A DNA stretch of 60,423 nucleotides, filler included, from Thelocarpon superellum (taxonomy: Eukaryota): NCBI GenBank assembly GCA_026025795.1. It is 6 parts of 6 records of this genome, joined end to end, with 100 filler letters (N's around TTAATTAATTAA, not from the genome) between each part and the next. Parts side by side here need not be neighbours in the genome. Positions count along the whole stretch, not along the records: positions 40,528 to 50,434 come from JAPEUG010000548.1; positions 50,535 to 60,423 come from JAPEUG010000549.1; 4 more parts are not named here. One strand, written 5' to 3'. Below are positions 48,578-60,423 of the stretch, in pieces (positions within the stretch are counted from its first letter, which is position 1; every line of letters begins with the position of its first letter). The notes beneath the pieces are model-generated. The model worked only from the letters and a program-made list of their open reading frames with translations. It searched no databases and had not been told where the DNA came from. The position numbers and the translations under genes are program-made.

Positions 48578-50404
48578 TCACTCGAAATCCCCACCCTCGA
48601 ATTTCTCCGTGTCGAAGAAGCGCGCGTTGATTGTGTTGCCGTTGAAGATTCGGCCCTCTAGCGCGTTGACGGCCTGGTTATCGTCTCCTTAGCTCTCTCC
48701 ACTTCTCGTTTCCGCTGAAAACGTTACTATGATCATGGACAACTCACTCTCAATGCAGATAATTGACTCGTGAATCTCACAAAGACTTTCGGGGCCGACG
48801 CGGTGCTCCTGTCGATGAAGACTCGCTCGACCCTTCCGTACTGTTTCTCATATCAGCAGAGTCAGGGCGTTCAGCGAACGATATGACAAACCTTGTCACC
48901 GCACTCTTCTCCAATTTCTTGCATCAACCCTCCGTCGCCGGCCGCTTCCATCTCGGCATCGAGGTCCATTCCATCTACCATCCCCCGCAAGATCACCACC
49001 TCACTCATGGCCCCGAACTTGCCCTCATCGGAACCATCGCCTCCTTTCTTCTTCCCACCAATGATCTTTCCCCTGCCGCCCGGACCGACAAACCCGCCAC
49101 CTTCGGCATCTGGTTTCTTCTTCTGCTTCTCGACTTGCACGCGCAATGGGTTCAAGATCCCTGACCCGCTGGCCCCAAGACCAGATCCCTTCGTCCAGCC
49201 GTACTTGGACATGACTCGTTCTGCAAATCCCTTCTGTCCCGGTCGTAGTGATCGGGGTGCCGCTTCATCCGTTGACTCGTTCGCTGGCTCTTCCCGCTCA
49301 AGCGCTTCCTCGAGCTCTGCTTCGGTCGCAGGAATCTCCGCTGGAGCGGCCGGGAGATTGTATCGTACTGGTGCGCGTGATATGGTGGGTGCCGGACCAC
49401 TCTGAGCCACAGCTTGATCGCAAGAGATAGGCGCCGGGGCGGAATAAGGAGGGATGCTTTGCTGCTGGCTCAGACGGATTCGACGTGCGTATGCATCCTC
49501 GCCGCTCGGGTCATCGGGAATCTCGGCCGGAGGTGGGGGAGGTGGGGGTGGTCTTTGAGCCTCGGCCACGTCGAAGCTGGGAGGAGGCGCAAAGGAGTAG
49601 GATGGTGGTGGAGCATATCCATCTTCACCCGTCAGTAAGCATGCTGCAGGAGCCAAATCCACTTACTTGTTGCCCTTCCTCGCGTATCATCCTCGCTAAC
49701 CTCATCACTACCTCGTCGTCGAGCCATTCGGTGGGCATAGAGTCGATCCTTCCACTCCCTCACTTCTCGGATGCGTTCGTCGCTGTGCTTATACTCCTCG
49801 TAGTTGTTTGGCCGGGAAGGGTCGTAGATGTCGTCCCAATTCTGTGGCAGGGCAATCTCGTCTTTGTTCTTCTTCCGCTTCTTCCGGCCCCCACGCTGCC
49901 GCTTCTCCCCCCCGTAGAACCCATTGACATCGTCATCATCGCCAACACCGGTCCAGTCTGCCAAGCTGCTCTTCACGGGTGGTCGCGCAGCCGAGGTCGA
50001 GGACGGCGCAGTGGCCGGACTAGAGTTGGGAACGGGACGGGGAATGGAAGCTTTTGGCTTGGCTTTCTGCACTGCAGGTTGTGGTCTCTTGGTGGGTTGA
50101 AAACGAAGGGCCGCTACTCCATCGGAAGAAATCCCAATCAATCGTGAGCAAATCTGACTGGCCCAGAAGTGTCATGCGACGAGTGAAAAGTGGTACCGGG
50201 ATTGATCTGCTGTTTCTTTGCAGAATTGTCCTCTTGTGGACCTTCATCTGCCGCATCTTGCTTGAATACCACTGGTGCGCGAGAGATTGAGGCGGCTGTG
50301 CTGGACTCCGAGGTGCTGGAGGGATCCAGGAGGTTGGCGTAGAGTGACACCATGCCGGGGCGTGGGGCTGGTGTAGCAGTATGCTCGAACCGGTCTGGGG
50401 GCAT
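48578..50404 (-). CDS. SPF45: Splicing factor SPF45/RBM17-like (G-patch plus UHM/RRM)
   Basis: SLYANLL, WDDIYDPSRPNNYEEY, G-patch FAERVMSKYGWTKGSGLGASGSGI, UHM VVILRGMV...EIGEECGDK / YGRVERV, ending AVNALEGRIFNGNTINARFFD; four introns. Confidence 0.9.
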
Positions 50405-50434
50405 GATGGAGAGGGATAAGAAGGGACTGAGAGC

Positions 50435-50534
50435 NNNNNNNNNNNNNNNNNNNNNNNNNNNNNNNNNNNNNNNNNNNNTTAATTAATTAANNNNNNNNNN
50501 NNNNNNNNNNNNNNNNNNNNNNNNNNNNNNNNNN
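50435..50534. other. Artificial contig-join spacer
   Basis: N44-TTAATTAATTAA-N44. Confidence 0.99.
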
Positions 50535-50686
50535 CCGCTTTCGAGACAATCGAGGGCGTGGTGTTGGCGGATGAAGAATGGAATCCGCAGAACGGCATGA
50601 CCACGTCGGCGCAGAAGCTCAACCGACGCGCCATCCTCCAGAAAAACCAGGCAGCCGTCGATACGGTTTTTGCCAAGGTGAACTGA
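50535..50686 (+). CDS. Long-chain fatty acyl-CoA ligase (Faa-type), C-terminal fragment
   Basis: FETIEGVVLADEEWNPQNGMTTSAQKLNRRAI...-stop matches the EW-P-NG--T-AQKL-R tail of FAA enzymes. Confidence 0.85.
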
Positions 50687-51745
50687 GCGCTGGTGGTGAA
50701 GCTATTGAGCTGAGGCCCGAGGGAGGTCGCGGAGTCGACACGTGATTGGAAGAGTGGTCGAGGGCGAAAGCGGCTGAAGTGCCCCGGGAGGCTCGGGTCT
50801 GGTGAGTCAGGGCCATGGTGGATGGACTCAGGTGGGAGTCGCTGTGGATGGCGGGGGGTGGGTGGGGGTAGGTGAAGACAGGTGAAGACAGGTGCAGCTG
50901 ATAGCGACTTTGTATTATTGCTTCTCTCTCCTCTTGTGATGATCTCCAGTACTCATCTTCCTGCTATTTTCCGCTGCGTAGTGGTCGTGGTAATTCCATC
51001 TGCAATACAAGGCCTGCCGACCTATCGCCCGAGGCAAATCGCCCATGAGCACGTGGGCATGGGATTTTCGACAACACGGCTTTGGTCTGCCTAGGCGACG
51101 ACTATCGTTGACAGCTGCACGCTGTCAGCGCTAAGACATCCCAAGTGAGGTTGAGAGTGCCCCCGGTTGAGGGTACGAGTGTACTCGTCGGTATAAATAC
51201 GAGGCAGGGTCTGGGAGGATGAGGTGAGACACGGGCGTCCCCTCGCTTGCGTGATGAAGTGCACGGTCTATGCCTTGCGAAAGGCCCCAGCTCAAGTTGC
51301 CTTATGATTATTACCGCTAGGCGGGTGGCTCGGATCACCACGGTCCGCCGGAAGGTCGTGGTTCCGCCGACGCGGCACGGCGACTACAAGTCCACGCTGG
51401 ATGGCCGCTTAGCCTCGTCAATCGTTCTGCCACAGGGCTTGGCTCTCCACTAACCGACGTAGTAGACGCGTTGTCCTCGGAGTGTTTTTGTGCCGACGCA
51501 CCAGCGCCGCCGTGACAGAGGTGGCGCCCGGGTCGTATCTCGTACCAGTATGGGTATGTCGTAAGTAGAGCACGGTCTGCTGGCGCCCGCAGATCTGGGT
51601 CCGACCTTATTTGTACCAGAGAAGTAGGGGGGCTCCTTGCCGCGGGTATTCAACTCCAGCATAAGTACAGGTCACACGCACCGACGCGCCCGGATAAGGC
51701 CAAGGTCTTCGCCGTGACAATACTTGTCCCTCCTTCCACGCAGAC

Positions 51746-52809
51746 ATGCCTGCCCAGACCACCAGTTCGGGTCTTCCCACCGATCTCTGCACCCTCGCGA
51801 CGTGCTCGCTCAAAGACGCTTTCGTCGAGTATCAGCCTTCCCTGGCCGGCAATGGCTTCTTCCTGGCCATCTTCATCATCGCGTTCTTTGCCCAGATCGG
51901 TCTCGGCATCCGCTATCGCACATGGGGCTACATGGCTGGCATGTTCGGCGGCCTCTTGCTCGAGATCATTGGATATATCGGACGATTGAAACTACATTTC
52001 GATCCGTTCCTGAAGCAAAACTTCCTGATGTACGTCCGGAGGGATGCCTCTTGCCTCTGCCCTGGCGCTGACGTATCCGGGAAAGATACCTCGTGTGCCT
52101 TACCTTGGCACCGGCCTTTATCAGCGCGGCCATCTATCTGTCGCTGGCGCGCATCGTCGTCATCTATGGCGAGCACATCTCGCGGGTACGGCCGCGCGTC
52201 TATACCTTCCTCTTCATCGGCTGCGACTTGTTCTCGCTGGTGCTACAATCGATCGGCGGTGGGATCGCGTCAGTCTCCGGCAACCAAGCACAAGCCAACA
52301 GGGGCATCCACATCATGGCGGGCGGGCTCGCCTTCCAGGTTGCCTCGCTCGTGTTGTTTGCCGTCCTCTGCGCCGAGTTTGCCTTCCGCGTGCGCCGACA
52401 CCCGACGGAGCTCGATCCCACGCACGCCGAGTTGCGACATTCCAAGCAGTTTCTTGCCTTCCTCTACGGTACGTGCTCGATCCCGCTCCACTCCCTTCCG
52501 AGCCCCGCACTGACCTCTCCAGCCTTGGCTCTCGCGGTGACGTGCATCATCGTCCGGAGTGTCTTCCGAGTGGCAGAGCTCAGCCAGGGATTCGACGGGC
52601 AATTGGCCAATGAAGAAGTCACGTTCATGTTGCTGGAGGGCACTATGGTCATCATCGCCACCATCTGCCTCACGGTCTTCCACCCGGGCATCTGTTTCAA
52701 GGGCCAGTGGGAAGAGGCATATTGGAGCGTTCGGGGAACTCGGAAACAGCGGAGTGGCGCTACCAGTGACGACAAGGAGCAAGGGGGGGTGACACCTGAG
52801 TCGGAGTGA
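51746..52809 (+). CDS. RTA1/Rsb1-like 7-TM lipid-translocating exporter family protein
   Basis: YQPSLAGN, LEIIGYIGR, CLTLAPAFISAAIYLSLARIV, FIGCDLFSLVLQSIGGG, IVRSVFRVAELSQG, FHPG; two introns. Confidence 0.93.
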
Positions 52810-53303
52810 AGTTTTCGTCTGTCGAATTCCTACCTCTGCTTCATGATGATTATACACAATTGCGCTGGTACGTTGTCCGTCCACATCTCCCCAATATACA
52901 GGGGATCGATGCACAGATAGAGGGACAAAGGGATTTGTACGGTTTTTCATCGTTCGTGTCATCAATCGTAACTTTATCGTCTCTGTCATCGCATTTCCGG
53001 CCTTTTTGGGGGTTAGTTCATGATCCCGTAATGGTCCACCCGGTCGTCCCTCCGTCTGTGTGACCATATCTTTGTGTGTGCATGCACGCATGATGAACTA
53101 GCCAACGCCTCAAACTCCGTCCATCAGCAAATCAGCCAGACAGGCAATCGATCAGTCAAACAAACCCTCCGGTCAATCAGGAACCCCGCCCGCCAGTCGT
53201 TCAGTCGTTCAGTCCATTAGCCAATCAATCAAGCAAAGGAAGATAAATCCATGCAGCAGCAGCACGCCCTGGCAAGAAGAGCAAAAGGAAGACCCAGTAA
53301 AGC

Positions 53304-54533
53304 CTAGCAGTAGTGGCAGAAAGGATCCAAGCACCGATCATGCATGAATGGGTCGTAGAATGGGTCATACACCGCCACGGGGACAGGCACGTAGCGCGTC
53401 CTGGACCCGTATCGCGGGTGATATGCATCTTCGCGCGGCTGGGCCACTCGTGGGACTGGCGTCGGCGCCGGGGCCGGCGCAGGCGCAGCCGCGGGCTCTT
53501 GGGCATGGATATGTATATGGATTGACTGCTGAGGGGCGGGCGCCGCGGGGTCAGGGGCCGGCGCTGGCGCGGCGTAGCGCGACGACGAGGGGCCGGCGGG
53601 CGCAATGGTCATGGCGCCGTACGCGTTAGGCCGGGTGCTCGAGCCGGCGGTCATAGAGCGGGAGGTTAGTGCGCCGACCCCGAACATCGAGCCCACAGCC
53701 GAGGGGCCGTTCGTGTACGATGAGTTTGGTGCGTTCGAAGACTGTCGAAATGTGGAAGCGGTTGACGACGCGGGCGGGACGCCGTATGCGGACGAGCTGC
53801 CGCCGTAGCGCGACGGGTCGGGATCGTAGCGCGGTGACTTGTTGTTATGGGCCCCGGTGCGAGAGGCAGATGAGGACGAGGTCGGCACCATTGTGCGGCC
53901 GCCTGTAACCGGGGCAGCGGGGGATCGGCTCGAGGAAGAGGCGCCTGCGGTGCGGCTCGAGGAGGTTCCGTGGTGGGAAGATCCACCGCCCGGGGCGCGG
54001 CTAGAGGAGCTCGTACCTGGGGCCCGGCTCGAAGATCCGTGGAGGTAAGAGCTTGTGCCTGGAGCCCGGCTCGATGAACCTCCATGATGAGAGGAACTCG
54101 AAGCTGGAGCCCGGCTCGAAGACCCACCGTGATGAGAAGAGATTGTGCCTGGAGCCCGGCTCAATGACCCGCCCTGGCGGCTCGACGTGCCCGACTGGCT
54201 AGGCGCAACGGATATGATATCCACGATGGCTCCAGCGCGGCTGAAACTCTCGCTGGGGAGCTGGCCAGACACGGACGACGCGACCGAGGGCGCGAAGCTC
54301 ACGGCGTTGCCATGCGCGCGACTCGATGACCCAGCCTGGGTGCGAGAAGCAGGCACCAGAGCCATCGATTCGCTCCCACCTACGGTCGATCGCCCAGAGC
54401 CCTGTACAGAGCGCGAGGACGATGGAGCCGCCTGTCCCGAGCGTGACTGTTGACACGATGACGACGTAGGTGCTTTCGATCCAGGGTCATGACCTAGGCC
54501 GAACCGAGAGGACAGGGTCTTGACGCGATCCAT
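53304..54533 (-). CDS. Orphan Ser/Gly-rich low-complexity protein with SSSRAPG repeats and a Cys/His C-terminus
   Basis: ~409-codon ORF from MDRVKTLSSRF; degenerate repeats conserve amino acids; TATAAG ~310 bp upstream. Confidence 0.65.
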   Translation of the reverse strand: MDRVKTLSSRFGLGHDPGSKAPTSSSCQQSRSGQAAPSSSRSVQGSGRSTVGGSESMALVPASRTQAGSSSRAHGNAVSFAPSVASSVSGQLPSESFSRAGAIVDIISVAPSQSGTSSRQGGSLSRAPGTISSHHGGSSSRAPASSSSHHGGSSSRAPGTSSYLHGSSSRAPGTSSSSRAPGGGSSHHGTSSSRTAGASSSSRSPAAPVTGGRTMVPTSSSSASRTGAHNNKSPRYDPDPSRYGGSSSAYGVPPASSTASTFRQSSNAPNSSYTNGPSAVGSMFGVGALTSRSMTAGSSTRPNAYGAMTIAPAGPSSSRYAAPAPAPDPAAPAPQQSIHIHIHAQEPAAAPAPAPAPTPVPRVAQPREDAYHPRYGSRTRYVPVPVAVYDPFYDPFMHDRCLDPFCHYC

Positions 54534-55534
54534 TCCGAAGAAGGCTTGGTTCTCGTGTGATGAGGATTGTGGTGTGCAGAATTGGGACCAGGCCGCGCGG
54601 ACCGAGAACTTGGAGCTCAGAACTTGAACTTGTGAACAGGTGATCGATGACTGAAGTCTGTGCGTGCAGAAGAAGGACCGGGGTCGGAATGGCAAGCGGA
54701 GCTGTGTAGCTGTGCAAGTTCAAGAGCTGTGTAGGCCTGCAAGAGAGTCTGCGAGAGAATCCGTGTCTTGTGAGGAGCTCGTCGAAGGAGTGGGGAGAAG
54801 ATGGAAGAGAATGAGCGAGAAGGGAAGTTGCAGCGCAGACCTTATAGGACACCTTGTGGCCCTTTGTGTGAATGAAGGCATGCACCAAGGTGCCCTGGCT
54901 TGAACAAGGTGCAGAAATATGGTGACATATGATAACATATGTTATCTGGATTTGCACCTGACACCCTTGTCGTAGTTGTGTTTGCGTGTGTTACAGGTAG
55001 AAGGCATGAACAACAGCGTATAGCTCCTTGGAGACAGGGTTAGCCTGTGTGCGCCCCACTCGCTGTGGCGTTTGGCTCTGTGAATATGATAAGGGACTCT
55101 TCTGTGATGCAAGGCGGACAAGTAAAGCTGTTAGGATGATCATCCAGTTTATCTTGAAATCTCAGAATCGCGAGTAGGATATCGAACCATCTACGTTGTG
55201 GGATGGAGATCTATGCTGATCCAATCCAGCATTCTTGGAAATAAGAAAATGGCATAGACAAGTACTAGGTAGCGACGGCCACAGCAAGAGCCTGATACCA
55301 TTTGCATCTGATGTTGGTGATGTACAATCATGGTGATGTCTCGTCGTGGCGATGGCCGCAAGTAACATACTCCGTGCTCGTCCTTGCTGGCCGATACCAT
55401 CCAATCGTGACTCAGCAATTTGCCCCACGAAGATTTGGATGATTTGGATAACACGCGAGAGGACGTTCGCGGACGCAATATCACAGACATCATCCCGTCA
55501 GACCACCCCCGAGTCGTTCAAGATAGTAGAAAAC

Positions 55535-56560
55535 ATGTCCCGACCAAGGTGAGGTCTCCGCATCTCTCCCACTAATCTCGGCTTACATCTACGCAGTCGT
55601 GCCGACTGGGCCGACGATGAAGATTTCGATGACCCCACCGTCCTCCCGCCACCGTCGGTCACGACGAACAAAGATGGCACGAAGACCATCGTATCCTTCC
55701 GCTTCAACGACGACGGCAAGAAGGTGAAGAGCACACGCAAGATCAAAACGACCATCGTCAAAGAACGGGTGAATCCGCGCGTGGCAGAGCGAAAAGGGTG
55801 GGCGAAATTCGGCTCGGAAAAGGGCCACTCGGCGGGTCCGTCGCTGGACACGACCAGCGTGGGCGAGAACATCGTCTTTCGGCCGAGCATCAACTGGAAG
55901 TCGAATCAGAAGGAAGAGAAGGTGGACAAGGGCAGCATCAAGGACCAGCTGAAGGACAAGAAGGTCAAGTGTCGGATCTGTAGCGGCGAGCATTTCACGG
56001 CGCGATGTCCCTTCAAGGACACCATGGCTCCCGTAGATGAAGTGGGAGCCGGCGAGGGAGACATGGACGGCGCCGGACCCGAAGCACCGGGAGGTCTGGG
56101 CGAGAGTCGGTCCAGCTACGTGCCACCTCATCTACGAAAGGGCGCGGCGGGCGCCACAGGTGGCGAGAGGATGGGCGGGAAATACGAACGGGACGACCTG
56201 GCGACCTTGCGGGTGACGAACGTGAGTGACCTTGTCATCCCGCGCGATCTCGCTGACCCGACGGACTCGATCAGGTGAGTGAATTCGCCGAAGAACAGGA
56301 CCTACGTGACATGTTTGAGCGATTCGGCCGCGTGACTCGCGTGTTCCTGGCCAAAGACCGAGAAACGGGTCGAGCCAAGGGATTTGCCTTTATCAGTTTC
56401 CAGGAGCGAACGGATGCGGCCAAGGCGTGTGAGAAGATGGACGGCTGTGAGTCCTCCGAGCTCCAAGGCAAACAGGAGACGACCACACTACTAACGCATC
56501 GTCCCAGATGGATTCGGACATTTGATTCTTCGAGTGGAATTTGCCAAACGGTCGACGTAG
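55535..56560 (+). CDS. TIF35: Translation initiation factor eIF3 subunit G
   Basis: [21 protein letters not shown], zinc knuckle [29 protein letters not shown]...[11 protein letters not shown]; three introns. Confidence 0.96.
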
Positions 56561-56952
56561 GTAGACTGGCGAGGGTCATGGTTGGAGGACTAGTTAAGAT
56601 CGAGCAGAGCAGAGCAGAGCAGAAAGGAGTGAATGACGTGAAACGGACAATGTACCCGACAGAGACTGGACGGTAGAAAGGTGAAGAAGAGCCCAAGATT
56701 GCTTATATTCATCGGATACATGTGATCCATAGGAGGTGGGCGTTGAAGTTGTGACGTTTGGATGACGCAGCGAGCATTGCCTCGATGAGCTGCAACATTG
56801 CGGGCTTGCCGCTCGATGTGCTTCGTAGGTTCGTTTCATTCCGACGGAAGGCTCGTACAGTGGACTTTCGGAAGGAGGACGGAGGGAAGACGCGTGCCAC
56901 ATATGGCTGCGGCGCGGTCTGCTTGGTGGCGGGAAGGCCCATGAGGTAATCT

Positions 56953-57012
56953 GCCAACTAGCAGACTTGTTTGACCAAGCAGGCCAACTAGCAGACTTCC
57001 TTGATCAAGCAG
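56953..57012. repeat. 30-bp tandem duplication
   Basis: GCCAACTAGCAGACTTGTTTGACCAAGCAG / GCCAACTAGCAGACTTCCTTGATCAAGCAG, 27/30 identical. Confidence 0.9.
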
Positions 57013-58188
57013 ATATACCCGCTAATTATCTATTATTTACTGTTATTATTGCCTAAGCGTCACGATCATTTGCCCTTTGCATCCTAGCGGCATGGCGTTT
57101 ATCCATGTGATGGGAAAGCCCTCAAAGTGACTACATTATCCAAAAACACGTACCTTGCGTCTTCCATGGAGCATTGTCACGACCGCGGTCGTTCGCCTCG
57201 CCCCCAGACCCAGGGACGTACGACGGCCACGCGCACGCGGATCAAGTCTTTAAAAGGGGCGGTCCTCAAGTGCTGACGGTGCGCCTATATGCATCCTTCG
57301 GAACTGCAGGGCCCCTCAAGCTCGGCCTACAGGTGCGGATTGGGGGTCGGGGAGCCTAACATCATCTTACAACCGTTGCCGGAGAGTGGAGCTCTAGGTA
57401 CACCAGGCTCAATGTCCAAGAATCCCGAGAGAAAGTGCGGCAAGATCCTTGATTGCATCGATGCCGAGTCTGTATGGTGGAGCGGAAGAGAGGGGTGATG
57501 GCGAGAACGACGCAGACGAGTACAACTTTTGATATGGATCGAGATGAGATGACAAAAAGAAGGAGAAGATGAGACGGTGAAGGTGACGATGCCGTGAACG
57601 ATGCTGCGCTTCCCCGTCGGCCCGCGCGATACGTGGCCATGTCGCGGAGACCTGATGCCTCTCCGGACCAATCAGCCGCTATGCATATATCTGCGGCGCT
57701 TCCACGTCCCCTTTCCCGCCTCGCGGAGCAATGCAAAAGCAACGCGACGTGAGTGACGGAAAGGCAAAGCAGATGATGGGCTGTATTCCAACGCGCCAGT
57801 GCGACTGATGCTCCTGTCTTCCCATGCCCCCAATCATCCCCATGCTCCGCCCCCCCTGTGTCCACCGATTGCGCCCCGTCCCTCACCCCATGTGTCCTAT
57901 ACGACCATGCGCCCACCCTTGCCCATCAAATGGTCTGCCACAAGGGCGCCCTCGCCCGCGGGTCCTTCAACCGCGTGGCCCCCCACACCGGCCGCGTCAC
58001 GGGGTGCACGGCGGAGGTGGGTGTGATGGGGATCGCGGGAGCTGAGGAAAAGTGCAAGAATTAATGAAAAGGAGGACACGCGGAGACTGCGTCGTCTAGA
58101 CGGGTGGGTTCGGGGCACGGAGGAAGGAACGACCGTCCCGCGGAGATGCGCCACCATCCCACGAGGACATCACGCCCGTGTGCCACCA

Positions 58189-60018
58189 CTACGCTGGGAG
58201 ATTCGAATAATATCCCCGCGCCGTTTCCATCGCCTCCAATCGTCCGCATGGGGCGCGGAATGTGGGTTGATGGCGGGTGTAGTCTCGACCGCCGAAGCCG
58301 GCCCCATGCCACGGCACGCTGGGAAGGGTCAGATTCGGGCCCGCATCATCACGGGACATTCCCATCCGTCGCGTATCATCGTGGGCATAGCCCCGCCCGC
58401 CGTGCCCGTCCGCCGACGGGTATGATGATGTGCCATATCCCGTCACGGGGAACGGAGGCAGACTTGGCGCCAGCGTGCTCGACGGCCGCAGGTGGTGGAG
58501 GTGCGACTCGAAAAAGGGAGGCGCTGGATAGTAGGGATACGCCGGGGAGTCCGTCATCGTCGTCGTCCCTTCATCCGCACCTAGGCCGTGCTCGGTCGGG
58601 TCCTCTACATGCTCGGTGCTGGACGATCCGCTGGAGAGGGAAGGATTGTTCAAACTCGAGGGAGATTGATGCAGGGAGGAGCCACCGCTGAGTGTTTGGT
58701 AGCCACCGTTCCCGAGCATAGCACCGGCACCGCCCATCATGGACATGGCATCGGCCATGCTGCGTCGACCGGATGACGGGCCGGAGGAGAGGCTGGGATG
58801 ATTCGTGCCGCCATCTCCCCCCCCGGCGCCACCCGGCCCCGTGCTGGAGGAGCTGCCGCGCCGGTTGTCCTGGTAATGACCCGGCGATCGGCCGCGCACC
58901 ACCATCGGCACGGAGATGCGTGAGGCCACCTTGACGTACGACGAGCCCACCTCGGCGTATAGCTCGACGATGAGATGGTAGTATTGCTGCGCAGCGCGAC
59001 GCTTGCCGTTATTCGCCGTCGCCGACTTGAACTGGATCCGCTCAAAGTTGGCGACGGTGCGCTGCTCCCCGCCGGGCGGACCGTAAGCCGGGTCGAACCC
59101 GCCCTGGCCCGGGCTGAGTCCGCACGCCGACGCCCGACCCGGCAGCATGCCGACCGATCCGCCCGGGTGCGGGCTCAGCTTGACGCGCTCCGGCTTGCCC
59201 TGCGGTCCCTTATCCCGCTTCGGCGTATGTTGGACGAGCTCCACCGCCTTGCCGCCGACCCCGTCCACGACGGCGGCGATGCTCATGGCGAAGCCTTGGA
59301 TGTGATCCGTCATGACGGGCCCATTGGGCCGCAGCAGATACAGCGGGCCCGACGTGACCTGCGGCCGCAGCGTGTAGGAGCACGCCACCGAGAAATAATT
59401 GCGCCGATAGCATGTCCAGTCCTGATCGGCCAGGAAGAAGCCTTTATCGATCCGAGCATTGATCTCCGGCCGGACCGACTGCCCATCCGCGGCTGAGATG
59501 TGGTAGATGACCGAGGTGCTCTGCAGTGGCGGGCCCGGACCGCCCGTCGTCAACGAGAGCTGTGCCATGGGGTCAAAGGGCATCGCCGCCGTGCCCGGGC
59601 CGTACGTATTGGTGGAAGCGGCGGACAAGCCGTGATTCGTACTGCCGTCGTTGCTTCGCGGCGTGGCGCCGAGCGGGGATCGCAGCACCAGGTCGACTGG
59701 GCTCCGGTTGGACATGCTGTGTCTCATGAGGTGCGGTGTCGACGTTGTGTAATTGTCTCTCGCCGAGGCCACAAAGGACGGTGACACGGGCATCGAGGCG
59801 GCAGGTGAGCGTGAGGGTGGGGGCATGCCCGATGCACTGGACGAGCTGGACGGAGACGCGGTGAGCCCGTCAGCAACGCGAACAACGGCCGGTGCGAGAG
59901 AGAAGAGGGAAAGCATGAAGACAATCAGAGGAAGGGAGCAGGTGTCGGACGAGATGCCGGCGAGGAAAAAGCAGATGAGAGGTACGGCGACTTACTTCCG
60001 TGGCCGGAACTCTGACAT
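58189..60018 (-). CDS. NDT80: NDT80/PhoG-family transcription factor (NdtA/Fsd-1-like)
   Basis: IDKGFFLADQDWTCYRRNYFSV, LVQHTPKRDKGP, FERIQFKSATANNGKRRAAQQYYHL, VVRGRSPGHY. Predicted exon 1 MSEFRPRN at 60018-59996 splices in frame. Confidence 0.92.
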
Positions 60019-60423
60019 GGTATAGGCGTGAGGAAAGCTCGAGGTGGCGGACGGGCCCACCGGGGTGGCGGCCGTCTGATATGACCCGGGCCCCGTCAAT
60101 CCGGAGGGAAAGACATGGGCAAAGGGCGAGAAGGTGAGCGCGGGCGCGGCCGAACTGGGGCTGGAGGAGGAGAGGGAGTCGCGACCCGGAGGGAGGGTCG
60201 TGGTGGAGGAAAAGGCAGGGCCGGTCGCAAATCTGATATAACATCAAGGCCGAGGGTTAGCCCAGATCACGCACATTGGAAAGAATCTAGTGGCAAGCGT
60301 GTCTGGAGCTGGGACTCGGTGAGGCGCAAACAGCGACACCGGGTCCGAGACGGACGACACCGCTGCATGGCCGACCGATGTGCACCGTCAAGGGTTCGGT
60401 GGCGTCACACAAGACCACATGAC

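Noticed and set aside
50684..50715. Stop-codon readthrough to a cryptic peroxisomal signal in the acyl-CoA ligase or other genes
   Set aside because: No TGA-CTA context, and the extension does not end in an SKL-like tripeptide.
57897..57925. ATACGACCAT resembling the 5' end of fungal 5S rRNA
   Set aside because: The downstream sequence does not continue as 5S rRNA.

Overview
Eukaryotic, GC-rich, intron-containing DNA from a filamentous ascomycete (Pezizomycotina-type genes with short GT-AG introns); the species cannot be assigned from sequence alone. The window is not contiguous. It consists of six unrelated contigs of decreasing length (10072, 10060, 10058, 9937, 9907 and 9889 bp) joined by artificial 100-nt N-TTAATTAATTAA-N spacers, so no linkage should be inferred across spacers. 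Most genes are conserved housekeeping genes: kinesin-1, RAD6/UBC2, a Ubc15/UBE2G1-type E2, TIM50, RPN11, RPD3, RPL23, aminopeptidase P, an importin-beta family karyopherin, FUN14, PDX1/SNZ1, SEC61, an FLVCR-like MFS transporter, QCR6, a WBP2-like protein, ANP1, SPF45, an acyl-CoA ligase tail, an RTA1-like protein, eIF3g and an NDT80-family transcription factor. I found no tRNA, rRNA, CRISPR array or recognisable transposon, and no convincing complete novel system. The best leads are: (1) a ~5 kb accessory region (40.5-45.6 kb) with an orphan secreted glycoprotein and a possible decayed OTT_1508-like deaminase; (2) a shared CACGTGATCA promoter element on three contigs upstream of secretory/membrane genes; (3) an orphan Ser/Gly repeat protein with an IHIHIH segment and a Cys/His tail; (4) UIM-like tandem helical repeats in an uncharacterised protein; (5) a possible mitochondrial presequence upstream of aminopeptidase P. 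Gene coordinates span introns and were placed by eye.
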